Shown here: in pieces, positions 14,527-30,555 of the stretch | Numbering within the stretch: position 1 is the first letter of the stretch | Layout: each line of letters starts with the position of its first letter | Assembly: GCA_050613775.1 (NCBI GenBank) | Contig: JBODTK010000101.1 | Coordinates: 496,001-560,000 of the forward strand | Direction of reading: 5' to 3' | Source: Neocallimastix sp. 'constans' | Lineage: Eukaryota | DNA length: 64,000 bases | Notes under the pieces: model-generated | Databases searched by the model: none | What the model saw: only the letters and a program-made list of their open reading frames with translations | Told to the model about the DNA's origin: nothing | Program-made: the position numbers and the translations under genes

Positions 14527-15341
14527 ATTAAATAAAATAAAATTTGATAGTAATAATCTCAACTTTATGGATATTTCAATACAATTTCTTAATTTTTCTT
14601 TATTATATTTAAATTAAAATCTTTTTTTTTTTTTTAGTAAATAAAAAAAAAGATTTAATTTAAATTTAATTAAAATTTATGTATAAATTACATAGATTAG
14701 TAACTTTTATATAATAAGTTAAATTAAATTTACTTTAAAATAAAAAAATTATTATTATTTATAATTGTAATAATTAATTGTAATTGTAATATTAATATTT
14801 ATTATTTTTTTTTTCAAAGAGTTTTAATTTTGAATATAAATGCAACTTCTTTTTTTTTTTTTTTTTTATTTTTTTTTTTTTTTCAGTAATTAATTTTTTA
14901 AATATATATATATTTTGTAATATAAAATAGGATTATATAATAATATATTAATTATTAAAATATTAATAAATTATTTGTTAATTTTATATTATTTGTTTTT
15001 TATAATAAATAGAGATAATATTACAGTTGAATGAATCACGAAAATAAAATAAAAAAAAAAATATAAAGTATATAAATAAATATTATAAATAAATATAAAT
15101 ATAAAATATATAAATTTAATGGCTATGTACATTTTATAAATTAATATAATTATTCATAATTTATTACTTTCATAGTTGAATAAAATTACAACCATAGTTA
15201 ATAAAATAAATAATAAAAATAATATATTTTATTTCTTTTAATATTTTTTTTAATTTAATTATTTATATATAAATATTTTTTTTTTTTTTTTTTTTTTTTT
15301 GATAAAATAAATAAATACATAAATTGATAAATGAATAAAAA

Positions 15342-18283
15342 ATGAATGGGGAGAGAAACTTTTTTAGATTTATGAATTACTTACAAAGTAATAATCCTTA
15401 TACCTATATGAATTCGTATCCTTCTAATTCTTACAATCATACACTTCCTTCATTCGATCAAATGACAAATATGTTTATGACCATGAATCAAAGATATAAT
15501 GAACTTGATAGAGAAATTGAAAGAATTCACCATCGTTTGGAAGATTTTTCTTATAACAACAACAATAAAAATAATTATAATAATTATTCCTATGGCAAAA
15601 GAAAAAGAATGAATGAAAGACGTTACAACGATGGCAATTACGACAATTACGACAATTATGACAATTACAATTATGACAATTATGACAATTATGACAATTA
15701 TGACAATTACAACAATTATAATAATTATGATAATTATAATCGTGGTCGTAACTACGATTATGATTATGATGATAAATACAGAAATAGATATAAGCGTCAT
15801 AGTCGTCATTCTCATAGCAGTAGAAATAATCGTAACCTTAGAAATAGATATAATAATAGAAATAGATATGACTATGACGATGTTGATTCATATTCAAAAG
15901 AAAGAGATTATAATAATTATCATAGACGTAAAAGGCAAAGAGTTCACAATACAAGTTCAAGTTATTATAACAATGAAGAGGAAGATTGGGATGATCAATC
16001 TGATGTAGAAAAATTTTTAAAAAATAAAGATAAAAGTAAAAAGAAAAATAAAGTTTATTTCCAATTTGATAACGAGCAAGATAATTACAAAAAAAATAAA
16101 AAACATAAAAAACATAAAAAAAATAAAGAGAATAAAAAGAATGAGAATAATGATTCTACTGAAAATGATTCAGAAAGTAGTAATGAGAGTGATAGTACCT
16201 TTAATAATGAAGAAATCTCAATAAGAAAGAGAAGCATAGGTGATAATAACACAAATGAAAATAAAATATTATCTAAACATAGTAATAATGTTGATGATGA
16301 TAACGATGATGATGATGATGATAATAATTATAATAATAGAATGAATAGAAATAGACGAAGAAGTAAAAACTTTATTAATGATTACTCAAAATTTCAACCT
16401 AGGTTTTATTATTCAAAGATTAAAAAAGAACCTAAAAAGAAATATTTAATTGTATTGGATATTTATAATTTATTTTATCAACGTATTAGTATTGATTCAG
16501 TGTCTTCCCTTATTAAAGTGAATCCTCATTATAAAGTAAAAAATGCATTTATATATCTAAGACCATTTGTTGATACTTTCTTGAGGGAACTTTTTAATAT
16601 TCATAAAAAATTTATTAATAATGAAGAAGATAATAATGGTAATAATAATGATGATGAAATGGATAATGATAATGTTGATGACAAAAAAAAAGAAAAAAAA
16701 TTAGTAACTGGCTTTGAAGTTGCTATTTGGAATACTTCTAAACCTCGTATGGTAAAAGAAATAGTACAATTAATATTAAATAATGTTCCTGTTGACTATT
16801 TAGGAGAGAAAAAGGTAAATTACATGAAAAAACTTCATTTTATTTGGACACTTGATCAATGTCAATCTAATGAAAATATGATCGATGATGAAGCTCCAAG
16901 AAATCTAAGATTAGTTGATACTATTATTAATAGTAAAGAAATGAATATTGAAAAAGGTACAATTTATCCTCCTGTAAATGAATTTGGTCATTGGAAAAAG
17001 GTAATAAAAATATATATATACTTTCTTTTATATATATAATAAATTATATTAGATAATAAGTTATATATAGATAATAAATTATATATAGATAATAAATTAT
17101 ATATAGATAATAAATTATATATAGATAATAAATTATATATAGATAATAAATTATATATAGATAATAAATTATATATAGATAATAAATTATATATAGATAA
17201 TAAATTATATATATGTATATATTAATAATATATATAAATTAAATTTTCTATCAATATTAATTGTTTAGTATAAACTAATTAATTAATCTTTTTTTATTTA
17301 TTTTATTTATTATTATGGTATACTTTGTTAATAATGCTATTTTTTATATATTATACTTTATATTCTATTTATATATAAAAATATTTAAAGGAAAATATTA
17401 TTTTAGTATCTTCATTAAATCCAAAATATTTCCCTAAAAAAAGTAATTATTTATGTGTTCCACCATATGATGTTAATAGTTTACAAATGGAAGCAAATAA
17501 TGATACTTCACTTTTATCATTATTACAATATTTAGAAAATTTATTAGATGCTAATCCAACCAATGTCATTGATCATTTGAATTGTAATCCATTTTCAGTT
17601 CAAAAAAAAGATAGTTTTGGTATTATTAAATCTTTAAAGAATAATCTTATTGGTAAATGGGATACTATGGATTATCCTAACAGAATTAGACAGACAGAAT
17701 TTTATATTACTCAAAATATTATTGAAGAAAGAAATAGGAAGAGTGGTATCATTCAAAAGAAATCAAATGTCATCTATAAAAATATTCCTCATGAACCAAA
17801 TAATAAATATTTAATTATATTTGATTTAAATGGTACTTTATTACATCGTTTAAAGAAAAATGATATTATTGATGAAGAATCCACAAGAAAAGCAGATTTC
17901 ACTATCAATGGAAAGTTTGTTTTTCTGAGACCTTATATTGATGCCTTTATTGAAATTTTATTTGATATTGATGGTGAACATAAGGATCGTCTAGAAAGTG
18001 GATTTGCTATTGGCACATGGACGTCCGCTATGCTTAAAAATTCTGAACTTATGCTAAATCAAATTTTTAAGGTAGATGTAAAGGATGAAAAAGGTCAGTT
18101 GACCCTAATGGATTATTCTAATCGTATTTTCTTTAAATGGGCAAGAGATTTTTGTACTCCTATTCCAGAAACCGATCATGAAACCGAAAAAAATATGGAT
18201 AATTTATGGAATCATAAAAAAAGTACTTATTGTAGAGGTACAGTGTACCCTGCAGTTAATGAATTTAATCATTGGAATGAGGT

Positions 18284-18319
<36 letters not shown>

Positions 18320-19542
18320 ATTGTATGATTCTTAATAATTTTTTAAATATTTTTTCTAATATATATATCACCTATTTTCATATATATATATCTATAAACA
18401 TTTTATATAATATTTTAAATAATATATATTATTTTATTTTATTTTTTTTTTATTATTATGTTATATATAAATATGTATAGAAAAATACTATTATTATTGA
18501 TGATTCTCCACATAAAGCAAAGCAATATCCTTATAATGCCATTCATATACCTACATTTGAAATTACTAATGAAGATTCTGATAGTGAAACTGTCCTTCTT
18601 TCTCTCATAAAATATTTAAAGAGACTTTATAAAAGTGGTACTGATAATGTTCAAGAATATATTAAAAATCATCCATTTTCAGAAATATCTTATGATAAAA
18701 GTATTGAAGAAGATGATAGCCTTTCTAAACAAGAAAAATTTGATAAATTAAAAGAATCCATTAAAATAAGAATAAAATCAAAATGGGTGATTAAGAATAA
18801 GAAAAAAATTGAAAAGTATGCCGCTGGACATTCAAAGTATAGAGTTTCACGACTTCAACTTGACCTTTTTAATTCTTTTCGTCATCATGATCAATTCCTT
18901 TCATCATCAACTATGAAAAAAAATAATGTACAAAAATCCATACAATTCGAATCCAATAGAAATAAAAATAAAAATGAATCAAAATCTAATAATCATTCAA
19001 AAAAATCTTCTTCTAATACCAGTGATAAAACTGCAAAATTTAAGGAAGCAAAAAAACAACAAAACCGACAAAGAAGAATGAATATTGCTAATAATAGTAA
19101 TGATGATGATAAAAATGATGATGATGATAAACGTGTTGTAGATAATGATAATACTAATAATAAGGATAATGATAATAATTACAATAAAAATAGTGTGAAA
19201 AGTGATGATGAGGATGAAGAAGAAGATGATGACAAAACTATTTATGATAAGAATAATGAAAATTTACAATTAATTGATGATGAAAATAATGGTAATGATG
19301 ATAATCATACTCAAGGTGGGATAATGAATGAAGAAGATCAAAAAGAAGGAAAAAATGATAATGATAATAATGAAGAAAAAATTAATAAAGAATTTGAAGG
19401 AATATTTCAGGATGGACATCTTAAAGTCGATGAAGAAACCGAACATATGATTGAAGAAATACAAAATTTTACCAATAATGTAAGTACCGGTAAAATATCA
19501 AAACCATCTACTGCACTATTTAAAAGAGGAGTATTTTTTTAA
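15342..19542 (+). CDS. Protein with two tandem FCP1/SCP (NIF) HAD-phosphatase-like domains and low-complexity termini, 3 exons, 1203 aa
   Basis: Exons 15342-17000, 17391-18281 and 18481-19542 join in frame through phase-0 GT-AG introns. Domain 2: LIIFDLNGTLLHR, VFLRPYIDAF, GTWTSA, NTIIIDDSPHKAKQYPYNAIHIPTF. Domain 1: LIVLDIYNLF, IYLRPFVDTF, AIWNTS, NIILVSSLNP. Confidence 0.9.
17051..17212. repeat. 18-bp intronic minisatellite (GATAATAAATTATATATA), about 9 copies
   Basis: Directly visible in intron 1 of the phosphatase-like gene. Confidence 0.9.
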
Positions 19543-19741
19543 AAAAAAAAATAAAAAATAAAAAATAAAAAAAATAAATAAATCATCAATAGCAATCAAT
19601 AATCAATAATCAATAATCAATACTAAATTATAATAATTTAATAATTTAATAATTAATAATCCATAATAAATTATAATAATTTAATAATTAAATAATAATT
19701 AAATAATAAAATTATATTAAAAACATTTCAATATATTTATA

Positions 19742-19901
<160 letters not shown>

Positions 19902-20123
19902 CAATGTGTATATTTTATCTTTTATCTTTTATCATTTATTTTTTTATTTTTATTTTTATTTTTTATTTTTTTTTTTTTTTTGTATCTTTTTTTTTTTAAT
20001 TCTTACTCATTTTATTTTATTTTATTTTTTTTTTATTTTTTATTTTTTTTTATTTTTATTTTTATTTAAAAATTTATTTAATTTATTTTTATCATTATTA
20101 TTATTATTATTTTTTTTTTATAA

Positions 20124-20125
20124 AA

Positions 20126-20210
<85 letters not shown>
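20124..20210. repeat. (AAAT)n microsatellite
   Basis: About 21 perfect units. Confidence 0.9.
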
Positions 20211-20212
<2 letters not shown>

Positions 20213-20444
20213 AAAATAAGAAAAGGAAACCTTTTTCTCTCTGGTAAAACTACTGGAATACATCATAGGATGTAAAATAATTATTTTTAATTTAATATTT
20301 AAAAAAATGTTTTTTTTTTTTTAATTCTTTTTTTTTTTATTTTATTTTTTTTTTTATTTTATTTTATTTTATTTTTTTATCATAAAAAAAAAAAAAAAAA
20401 AAAAAAATACAGAAATATATATAGACGTTCATTAATTTAATTAA

Positions 20445-20478
<34 letters not shown>

Positions 20479-20859
20479 AAAAAAAATAATAAAAATTGTT
20501 AAAATATAAAATCTAAATATATACATATTTCTTTTTATTTTTATTTTTATTTTTATTTTTATTTTTTTTTTTTTTAAATAAAAAAAATTTATATTTTATA
20601 ATTTTATATTTTATTTATTATTATTATTTTTTTTTATTTTTATCTTTATTTTTTAACTTTTTCTAAAGCAAAATTAAAATAATATATAATGATAATAAAT
20701 ATATATGTTTAAATTTAAAAAAAAAAAAATTTAAATATATATATATATATATAAATTAAAATTAATTAGGAAACTATATAATATAATTTGATGGAAATTA
20801 AAATTGATAAAAAAAAAATTAATTTAAAAATTTTAATAATAAAAAAGTTATAAGTGAAA

Positions 20860-20939
<80 letters not shown>

Positions 20940-21297
20940 GTGTAATATAAATAGAAATTGATTATAGATAATAGATAATAGATTGAAAATAATTTTAGAT
21001 AATTAAAAATTATTATAATTAAAAATATGAACAAGAAAAATTGAAAATAATGTATAAATAAATTATAAAAAAAAAAAAAAAATAAAAAAAAAAAAAAAAA
21101 TAAATTATTATTATTATTATTATTATTTGTTTTTTATATATATTATATATTTTATATCCATTATATATATTAAATATACTTTTATTAAAAACAAAAATAA
21201 AAAATATATATCAATTAGGAATTGATATAGCATATATATTTTTATTTTTAATTTTTTTTTTTTTTTTTTTTTTTTTTAATTATATATATATATATGT

Positions 21298-24200
21298 TTA
21301 TTGAAAGATATCACGAATGTTGACTTGAAATGTCTTATCCCTAACAGATTTTTCAGTTTCATATATTAATAATTTAACTTCTCTTATGTAACTTTGAACA
21401 TTAACAAAATAGTTACGCATTTGTTTTAATAAATCTAAATAGAAATAACATGGCGCTAGAGTTTTTTGTGGGAAAGAAGAGAAAATAGAAAATTTGGACG
21501 TTTGTTTTTCATTACCTTCTTCTTTAATATATTTATCTTCTTGAGTAGCAAGGTATCTTAAAATATATATAACAGTACATTGATAGAATACCCATGCATA
21601 ATTAAAAGAGAATCTTAATGGTAAATTATTTTTGGATTTCGCAGCCTCAAATAAAAGTTTTAAAATAATGGAGCAATCATCTGCACTTTTTGAGGCAATA
21701 GCAATTGATTTTGCAATTGGATATATTTTCATTTTTTCGGTATCATTTATAACATCTAATATAAAAACGCGATTAATATAAATTCTTTCCGCAATAGTAA
21801 TTAAAAAGAAGTTCATCCATTTCTTTTGTTCAGTAAAATTTTTAGATTTTTGTAATAACCATTTTACAATATCATAACTTGTTTTTCTAATTTCATCATA
21901 ATCAAAATTATTTAAATTTTCATTATCATTTATAAGTTTACTTGGAGAGAAGAATTCTTCATCTTGTGATATACTTTTAATAATGGATAAATAATTCTCA
22001 CGACTATCTCTTTTTTTCTTATCATCATCATCATGATTATTATTATTACTATTACTACTATTATTATTATTATTACTGTTGCTGTTTTTGTTGTTATTCA
22101 TTTTATTGGTATTATTGGTTTTAGTGTTTTCAATTTTATTATTATTGTAATAATTGCTTATATTGCTTCTATGATTATTAGTAGCATTATAATATTGATT
22201 ATTTATATTATTTATATTATTGTTGTTATTATTATCAGAATTATTAAAATTATCATTAAAGTTAATCTTGAAAAAGTTTACATTCTGTTCAATTGAACTC
22301 CTTTTATTTTTTAGTTCCAAAATTTGTTTATTTGTAGTAGAATATGGATTGGAAAGAGTATTATGAGAACTCTTCTTTTTACGCTTTTCATTGCTTTCAG
22401 ATAATTCTAAATAATATGAAAAATCTTCAGATATATCATTGAAACGAACTAATGTTACATCATCAATACTCTTACAGAAAAAATGTTGTGCTTTCAAAAT
22501 ATCGATATTAAGACAATCAATATCTTCAATATTGAAATCATTATCTTTAATCTTTTGAGCTATATGAACAGCCTCCAAATGAAAGATTGCAGCACATAAT
22601 ACATAATATTCGAAATCTGTAGAAAATACTTTTGTTGTTAAACTAATTAAAAGATTAGAACGATCTTTTAAGAATTGTCTCAATTGTTCATCATTTATAT
22701 CATCTTTATATGTAAGCCTAATCCATGTATCAAAACTTAATATAATTAAAGAAATACTTTTCATATCTTCAATATCCTCTTTTAATAAATACTTATTTTT
22801 CTTAATATTCATAAAATATAATGAATTATTAATAACTATCTTAGTTCCTAATCCAGAATAAATCCATGATTGGTTGTTTCCAGATTCTAATATATACATA
22901 TTTATATAATTAATATTAAAATTAATTCATGTATTTGAAATTTAATATTATTATAATATTTATTATTTTTGTATTATTATCATCATTTTTATATTATTAT
23001 TATTATTATTATTATTATAATTTATTATTATTTTTTTATTTATTTTCATTTTTTTTATTTTTATTCTCACTACTATTATTATTAATATTAATATTTGTGT
23101 TATCATTAGTAGTATTAGTATTATTAATATTAATATCATTAGTATCGTATCAGTATTACTTTTATAATATATCTAAACCATAGGTTGAATATTTAATTTT
23201 TTTTTTTTTTTTTAATAATTATCAATATAATCAAGAGAATTAAAAAATTAATATTTTCAAATAAATGAAAAAAAAAAAAAAAATTACCAAATATGGTCAC
23301 TAAGTAAATAGCTTGTAATAACTGAACATTAACAGCACCATAATTTTGTAAAATTAAAGCTTTTGATTTTTCAATATACTCAGTTGCTTTTGATATATTA
23401 GAATTTGGTTGAAAAAGATAAGCCATTCCATACATTGCAAAGAGTAAATACTTTGAAAGTGTACCATTTTTAGCATGAACACCAAATGAATTATAATTTA
23501 CAACAGGAAAGCTTGTATGGAAATATTTATAATAATAATTTATAACCACATAATTTATTAATTCTGTTCCAATAATTGGATTTTCATTTATATTTAATTT
23601 ATCTTTAAAATTAATGCATTCGTTATATGCAATAAAATCATTGAAAATGCTTGGTGTAATTTTGAAATTATATGTTAATTCCGAATTTTTTGTTATAATA
23701 TTTTCAATTACTGTATAATTATAATTATTTGTGTGTTCATTCAAATTAGATTCATCCATTGTATCTATTTTAATTATTATTATCATTATTATTTATTTAT
23801 TTTTTTAAAAAAATTAATAAATAAATAAATAAAATTATCTTTTTACATTAAATATTCCTTCAAGATATATAAGTATAAATAAATATAATTTAATACCTGA
23901 ATCATTATCATTTTTACTTTCTTTTTCGCGTTTTCTATACTTTCTCTTCTTTCTCTTTTGTTGGGGACCTATATATAATTATTATTTTATAATTTAAAAA
24001 TTTAATGTAAATTATTTTATAATTGGAAATATATATATATTTTTATATATAATACCTCTCTTTTTAGGGAATGGGTTATAATAACATACATAATTATATT
24101 GTTGACAAGTTAAACATTTTGGTCTTTCACCTGTACACTTTCTTCTTTTTTTACGACAACTATAAATTTTTTATAAAATTGTAATCATTAAATAATAATA

Positions 24201-25069
24201 AATTATATAAAAAAAAATAAAATACATAAAAATTAATTTTATTTATTTATTATTTTTTCTATAAAAAAAAAAAGTTTATTCTATTTATATTGAATATTAA
24301 AAAATTATTTTATAAATCTATACTTTTCACAAGCTTGAGTAACTTTTTTTCGTATCTTTCCTTGCTTATTTTCAATGCTATTGTTATTATTAATATTTGT
24401 TGGTATATATAATTCATTATCATTTTCTAATCCTTCATTCTTTTTTTGAGATAAATCAAAATTGTCATTATTTGATGTATTACTGCTAAACATTGTAGCG
24501 TCAGATAAAATATTATTTTCATTTTGAATATTACTTTCATAATTGTTATTCCTATTATTATTATCGTTATTACTGGTATATATGTTATTATTATTGTATT
24601 GATTATTATCATCATACTGATTTTTATTATAATTATAATTTTTATTTTCATATTGTCTATCATCATATTTTTGAATATTAAAAAATTGATTATCATTATA
24701 TTGATTTTTTATTTCAAAAGAATTATAGGAGTTGTTATTTTCATATTGACGATTATGTTCAAGTGAGTAATCATTATTTTCGTATTGGCGATTATTATCA
24801 TATTGGTGATTATTATTATCATATTGATGATTATTATCATATTGATGATTATTATCATATTGATGATTATTATCATGTTGATGATTATTATCATATTGAT
24901 AATTATTATCATATTGTTGTTTATTATTATAATGTTGTTTATTAACATATTGTTGATTATTATCAAATTGACGATTATTTTCAAATTGACGATTGTTTTC
25001 ATATTGACGATTATTTACATAATGACCATCTTCATATGAATTATAATTCATATCATTGTAGGATCTCAT
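21298..25069 (-). CDS. Zn(II)2Cys6 fungal transcription factor, paralogue A, 5 exons, 995 aa
   Basis: Exons 25069-24324, 24159-24056, 23968-23897, 23764-23288 and 22886-21298. Binuclear cluster ACENCRKKRRKCTGERPKCLTCQQYNYVC. Start of the fungal TF middle-homology region at YYYKYFHTSFPVVN. Confidence 0.93.
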
Positions 25070-25506
25070 GTTGAATATAATAAATTTTAAAATTTAAAAA
25101 ATTTTTTAATAAAATTTTCAACAACAAATATGGTGGATTAACATAATTAAAAATAATAAAAAAATTTTTTATATAATAAATATTGTATATATATATATAT
25201 ATATATATAAATGAATATAATTATATTACTTTCTATATTTTAACAATGAAATATACTAATAATAATCATTAATTATAAAAGTTAATAGGATATATATAAA
25301 TATTTATTTATAAATATTTTTTGTGTTTTTGTTTTTTAAATCTATTTTATTATATAAAAATTTTAGAATTTTATTTTTAACAAAAGATCATTTGAAAGTC
25401 TCATTAATTACATATTATTAAATATACTTTAATAATAAGATAGATTTAATAGATTTAAAAGTTTACTATTTTTAAATACTATTTAATAAATTTATAATTT
25501 TAAAAA

Positions 25507-25555
<49 letters not shown>

Positions 25556-26301
25556 AATTAATATTGTGAAAATATTAAAAAAAAAAAGAAAAAAAAGAAA
25601 AGAAAAATTATTATTAATAAACTTATTTAAAATTTTTTTTATTTAAATTAAAAATGAAATTTCTTTTTTTTTTTTTTTTTCATTTTCTTTTATTTCATTT
25701 TATATATAAAAAAATGTATATATATTTTAATAGTAATATATAAGTATTTATTAACATATATTACTCATTAAAATATATATATTGATTTATTTAATTTTTT
25801 AGTGAAAAAAGTTAATAAATAAATAGTTAATAACCAAATAAATAACTTTAATATATATATTTTAATTTATTTATGTATTTCATATTTTATTCACTTATTT
25901 TTTATTTATTTATTTATTTAAATTTTTCTTTATTAATTTTTTTTTTTTTTTTTTTTTCTAAAGTAAAAAAAACTAAAATGTATTGTTTTAATTTTAATAC
26001 CTTATATTATGAACTAAATTTAATAAAATTAATAGAATAAATATTAAATGATCTTTATAACATTTCGTGAAAATATATAAAATAAAAAAAAAAAAGATAT
26101 AATATAATAATAAAAATTAAAATAAAAAATTTATAATTTCAATAATAAAATAAAATTTAATATTTACTATTAAAACTAAACTTAATAATAAATATTAATG
26201 AAAATATGAAATTAAATAAATAAATAAATAAATAATAGAATTAATACTAAAAAGGTATGTTAATAAATAATTATAATTATTTTATTGAATTAATAAATTA
26301 T

Positions 26302-29300
26302 TTAAACAAGGACATCATCAAAATTAACATCAAATATTCTTTCATTTACAGCTCTTTTTGTATCATATATTAATTTTTTCAATGATTTTACATAATATTT
26401 AGTACTTACAAAATATTCACACATTTCTTTTAATATATTCAAATAAAAATAGCTTGGTTCTAATGTTTCTTGTGGAAAACTTGAAAAAGTTGAATATTTT
26501 GAAGACCGATTATTACCATTGTATTTATTTTCATAGGTAGCAATATACCGTATACAATAGATTATTGCACACTGATAAAAGACCCAAGCCTTAATAAATG
26601 GAAAACGTAATGGTAAACTATTATTTATTTCAGAAGCTTCATATAAAAGTTTCAAACAAATAGTACAATCATCAGCAGATTTACATACAATCGCAATTGA
26701 TTTAGCAATTGGGAATTTTTTTATTTTTACTGTATCATTAATTACATTTATAATAAATTTGCGATTAATATATATTCTTTGAGCAATTGTTAATAAAAAG
26801 AAACTATTCCATTTCTTTTGTTCAATATAATCTTTTGAGGTTTGATATATTAATTTAAATATATCAAATGTAGTTTTGGAGCATTCATCATTTTTTTGAT
26901 TATTTGTTTTTTTATCACCGAGAAAATGATGATTAACATCAAAGAAATTGACATCATTACCAATGCATTTTATTATTTTTGAATAAATTTGTCTACTATC
27001 TAAATCATCATTTTCCTTACTATTATCATTAATAAAATTACTATTATTATTAAAATTATTATTATTATTATAATTATCATTTTTGTTGTTACTGTAATTA
27101 TTGTAGTGGCAGTCGTAATTATTGTTGCTGTAATTGTTATTATAGTTGTTTGAATTACTATTATAACTATCAATAATATTATTATAACAATTATCTCTTT
27201 TATAATAATTATTATATTTGTGATGAGTATGATCATAATTAGTATCATTATTATAATAATTACTATTATTACTATTAAAATTATTATTATTATTAAAATT
27301 GTTATTATTATTAAAATTATTATAATTATTATAATTATTATGATTTAATTTATCATTATTTCTATAATTTTTATAATTATAATTATTATTATAATCATTA
27401 TCATTTTTATTATTACTATTATTTACATCATTATTGTTGTTATTTTTTTTGTTGTTGTAATAATCGATATTACTTGTATTACTTTCATTATTTTTTTTTA
27501 GATAGTTTGAATTTTTTTTCGAATTTTCATTATCAGATTCATTAGATGTTTCTAAATAATACGAAAAATCATCAAAGATATCATTATATCGAATTAATGA
27601 TAAATCTTCTAATGTTTTTACAAAATAATGTTGCGTTCTTAAGATGTCCATATTCACACAATCAATTTCTTCAATAGAAACCTTATTTAATTTAATTTTC
27701 AGTACAATATGATAAATTTCTAACATAAATATATTAATACATGAAATAAAGCATTCATAATCATTAGAAAGTGTTTCTGAAGTTAAATTCATTAATAATT
27801 TGGAACGCTCTTTAATAAATAATTTTTGTTGCAAAATATTTTGATAACTATTATGGGTAATATTAATCCAAGTATCATAACTTAATAAAATTAATGATAT
27901 ATTTTTCATATCTTCAATATCCTCTTTTAAAACATAATTACTTTTTTTCACATTCATAAACCATAATGAATTATCTATAATTGTTCTTATTCCTAAAGTA
28001 CAACTTAACCAGTCTTTATCATTACCTGAATCTTTTATTATTAATTATTAATATTAAATAATAAAATAATATTATATATATATAAAAATAATTATTATTA
28101 ATATATTTTATTCATTTTATTAAAATTTTTATATAATCAATTATGTTAACTATTACTATTAGAGTATTATTATTTATTATTTAGTATTTAGTATTTAGTA
28201 TTTAGTATTTAGTAATTAGTATTTATCATTTATCATTTATCATTTATCATTTATTATTTATCATTTATCATTTATTATTTATCATTTATCATTTATTATT
28301 TATTATTTGCAGTTGTTATTATTTATTTAAAAATACTTAATATTAAAATTTAAAAAATATTATATTTACCAATTATTGAAATTAAACATATTGCTTGTAA
28401 TAACTGAACATTAATAACCCCGTAATTTTGTAGTATTAATGTCTTTGTATTCTCTATATATTCTAACGCTTCAGAATTATTGGTATCAGGTTTAAAGTAA
28501 TAGGCCATTCCATACATTGCATAAAGTAAATATTTTGTAAGAGTACCATTTTTTGCATGAACTGCAAAAGAGTTATAATTTATTATAGGGTATAATGGAT
28601 GAAAATATTTATAGTAATAATTTATAACTACATAATTAATGGATTCGGATGGTACAATAGGTGGTTTATTATTTATTACCTCTTTATCCTTAAAATGAAT
28701 TGCGTCATTAAAAGTTAAATATTCATTGTATGTATTCGTATAAATATTATTTTCTTTTTCAATGCTTTCATTTAATATATTTTTAATAATTGAAGCATTA
28801 TAATTATTACAATAATCGTTTAATTTCTTTTCATCTCTTATATCTTTATATGTTATATAATTTATTATTTATAAAATTATAAAATTTATTATTTAATTAC
28901 TTTAATGCGATTTTATTTATTAAAATTATTAAATAATTTATATATAAATCAATTAAATTACCATAATCATTTTTTCCTTTTTCACGCCTTCTATACTTTC
29001 TTTTTTTTCTTTTTTGTTGAGGTCCTAATTCATGAAATAAATTTTTTTTAAAAAAAATTAATTAAAATATATAACATTTACAATTAAAGTATTTAATAAT
29101 TAGTACTTTCTGAATTATAAATTATTTTTTTTTAAAAAAAAATAATTTTATATATTTATATAAACAACAGATAATATACAATAATTTAAAAATTTTAAAT
29201 AATATATTACTTAGATATTAAAAATTTTAATAATTTTAAATACTATTAAGATAATATTAAAAAAAAAAAAAAATTTAAAGATAAAATAAATATTTCTTAA

Positions 29301-30555
29301 TCTTCAAAAATCTTAAAAATATTTTTTAATAATTTATATTTAAAAATATTGATCAAAATAATTATATTTAATTATTACTAAATATAATTAGCTTATTTAT
29401 ATAAGTTAATTAAATGGGGAAAAAAATTAAATATGAAAATCTTTATGATCAAAAATTTAAATAAAATTGAATTATTTATTAATTTTTAAAAATTTAATAT
29501 ATATTAATTTTGATTTAAATAAAAAATTATTATTAATCCCTATAAATATAAAAATTTTTTATTATTAAATATCATTTCATTTTTTTTTTTTTAATTAACA
29601 AAAAAATATTATTATTATTATATATATATTTTATTAATAAATATATATATATAATTATTATATAATAATCAAAAAATTTAATATATATTATTAATTTTTA
29701 ATATTAATTATTATGAAAAAAAAAATTAATAATAGCTTATTTAATACTAGTTTTTATAGTTTTTGCTTAAAAAATGTTATAATTTTTTTATTTCTTTATT
29801 TCTTTTTTTATTTCTTAAAAAAAAAAAAAAAATACCTCTTTTTTTTGGAAATGGATTATAATAACATATATAATTATATTGTTGACAAGTTAAACATTTA
29901 GGTCTTTCTCCTGTACATTTTCTTCTTTTTTTACGACAGCTTAATAATTGAATTAATTAATTAATTATAAATTTAATTATAATACAATATTAATATAAAC
30001 AAATAAAATTACTAATTCAAATTTATAATTAAAGAAATATTATTTTAAATTTTAGTTTTAATTGAAATTATAATGTAATAAAAAAAAAAAAAAAAAAAAA
30101 GAATATCGTAATAAAATTTAAAATTGTATTATTTACTTTTCACAGGCTTGTGTCACCTTTTTTCTTTTTTTTGATTTTTTTACCTCATTGTTATCATCAC
30201 AATCATTCTTGTTTTCATCATTTTCATTTTCATTTTCACTTTCATTTTTATTTTCATTTTCATTACCACCTTCATTATCTTTTTCATTATCATCTTCATT
30301 TTCATTACCACCTTCATTATCTTTCTCATTACCATCTTCATTTTCATTACTATCTTCATTATCATTTTTGTTTTGGATTTTATTTTTACCATTTATATTA
30401 TGAATTGAAATCCCATGATTTTCTTTATTTTTATTTAAAGAATTGTTATTATTTTGAATATTTGAAATGCTTTCTTCATCCATAAATAAGTTTGATTTGT
30501 TATGACTTGTTAATGATTTTTCCGATATATTATTATCATAATTTGAATAATTCAT
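26302..30555 (-). CDS. Zn(II)2Cys6 fungal transcription factor, paralogue B, 5 exons, 929 aa
   Basis: Exons 30555-30137, 29939-29836, 29024-28962, 28843-28370 and 28031-26302. ACENCRKKRRKCTGERPKCLTCQQYNYIC; YYYKYFHPLYPIIN. Confidence 0.93.

Noticed and set aside
15450..16008. Overlapping Ile/Met-rich ORFs in alternative frames or the opposite strand (also at 22033, 24427-25039, 27000, 30150-30485, 35721-36323, 44267-44695)
   Set aside because: They are shadow frames of Asn/Asp codon repeats within real genes.
17051..17212. Regular repeat array considered as a possible CRISPR
   Set aside because: The units are contiguous with no unique spacers, the array is intronic, the context is eukaryotic and there are no cas genes.
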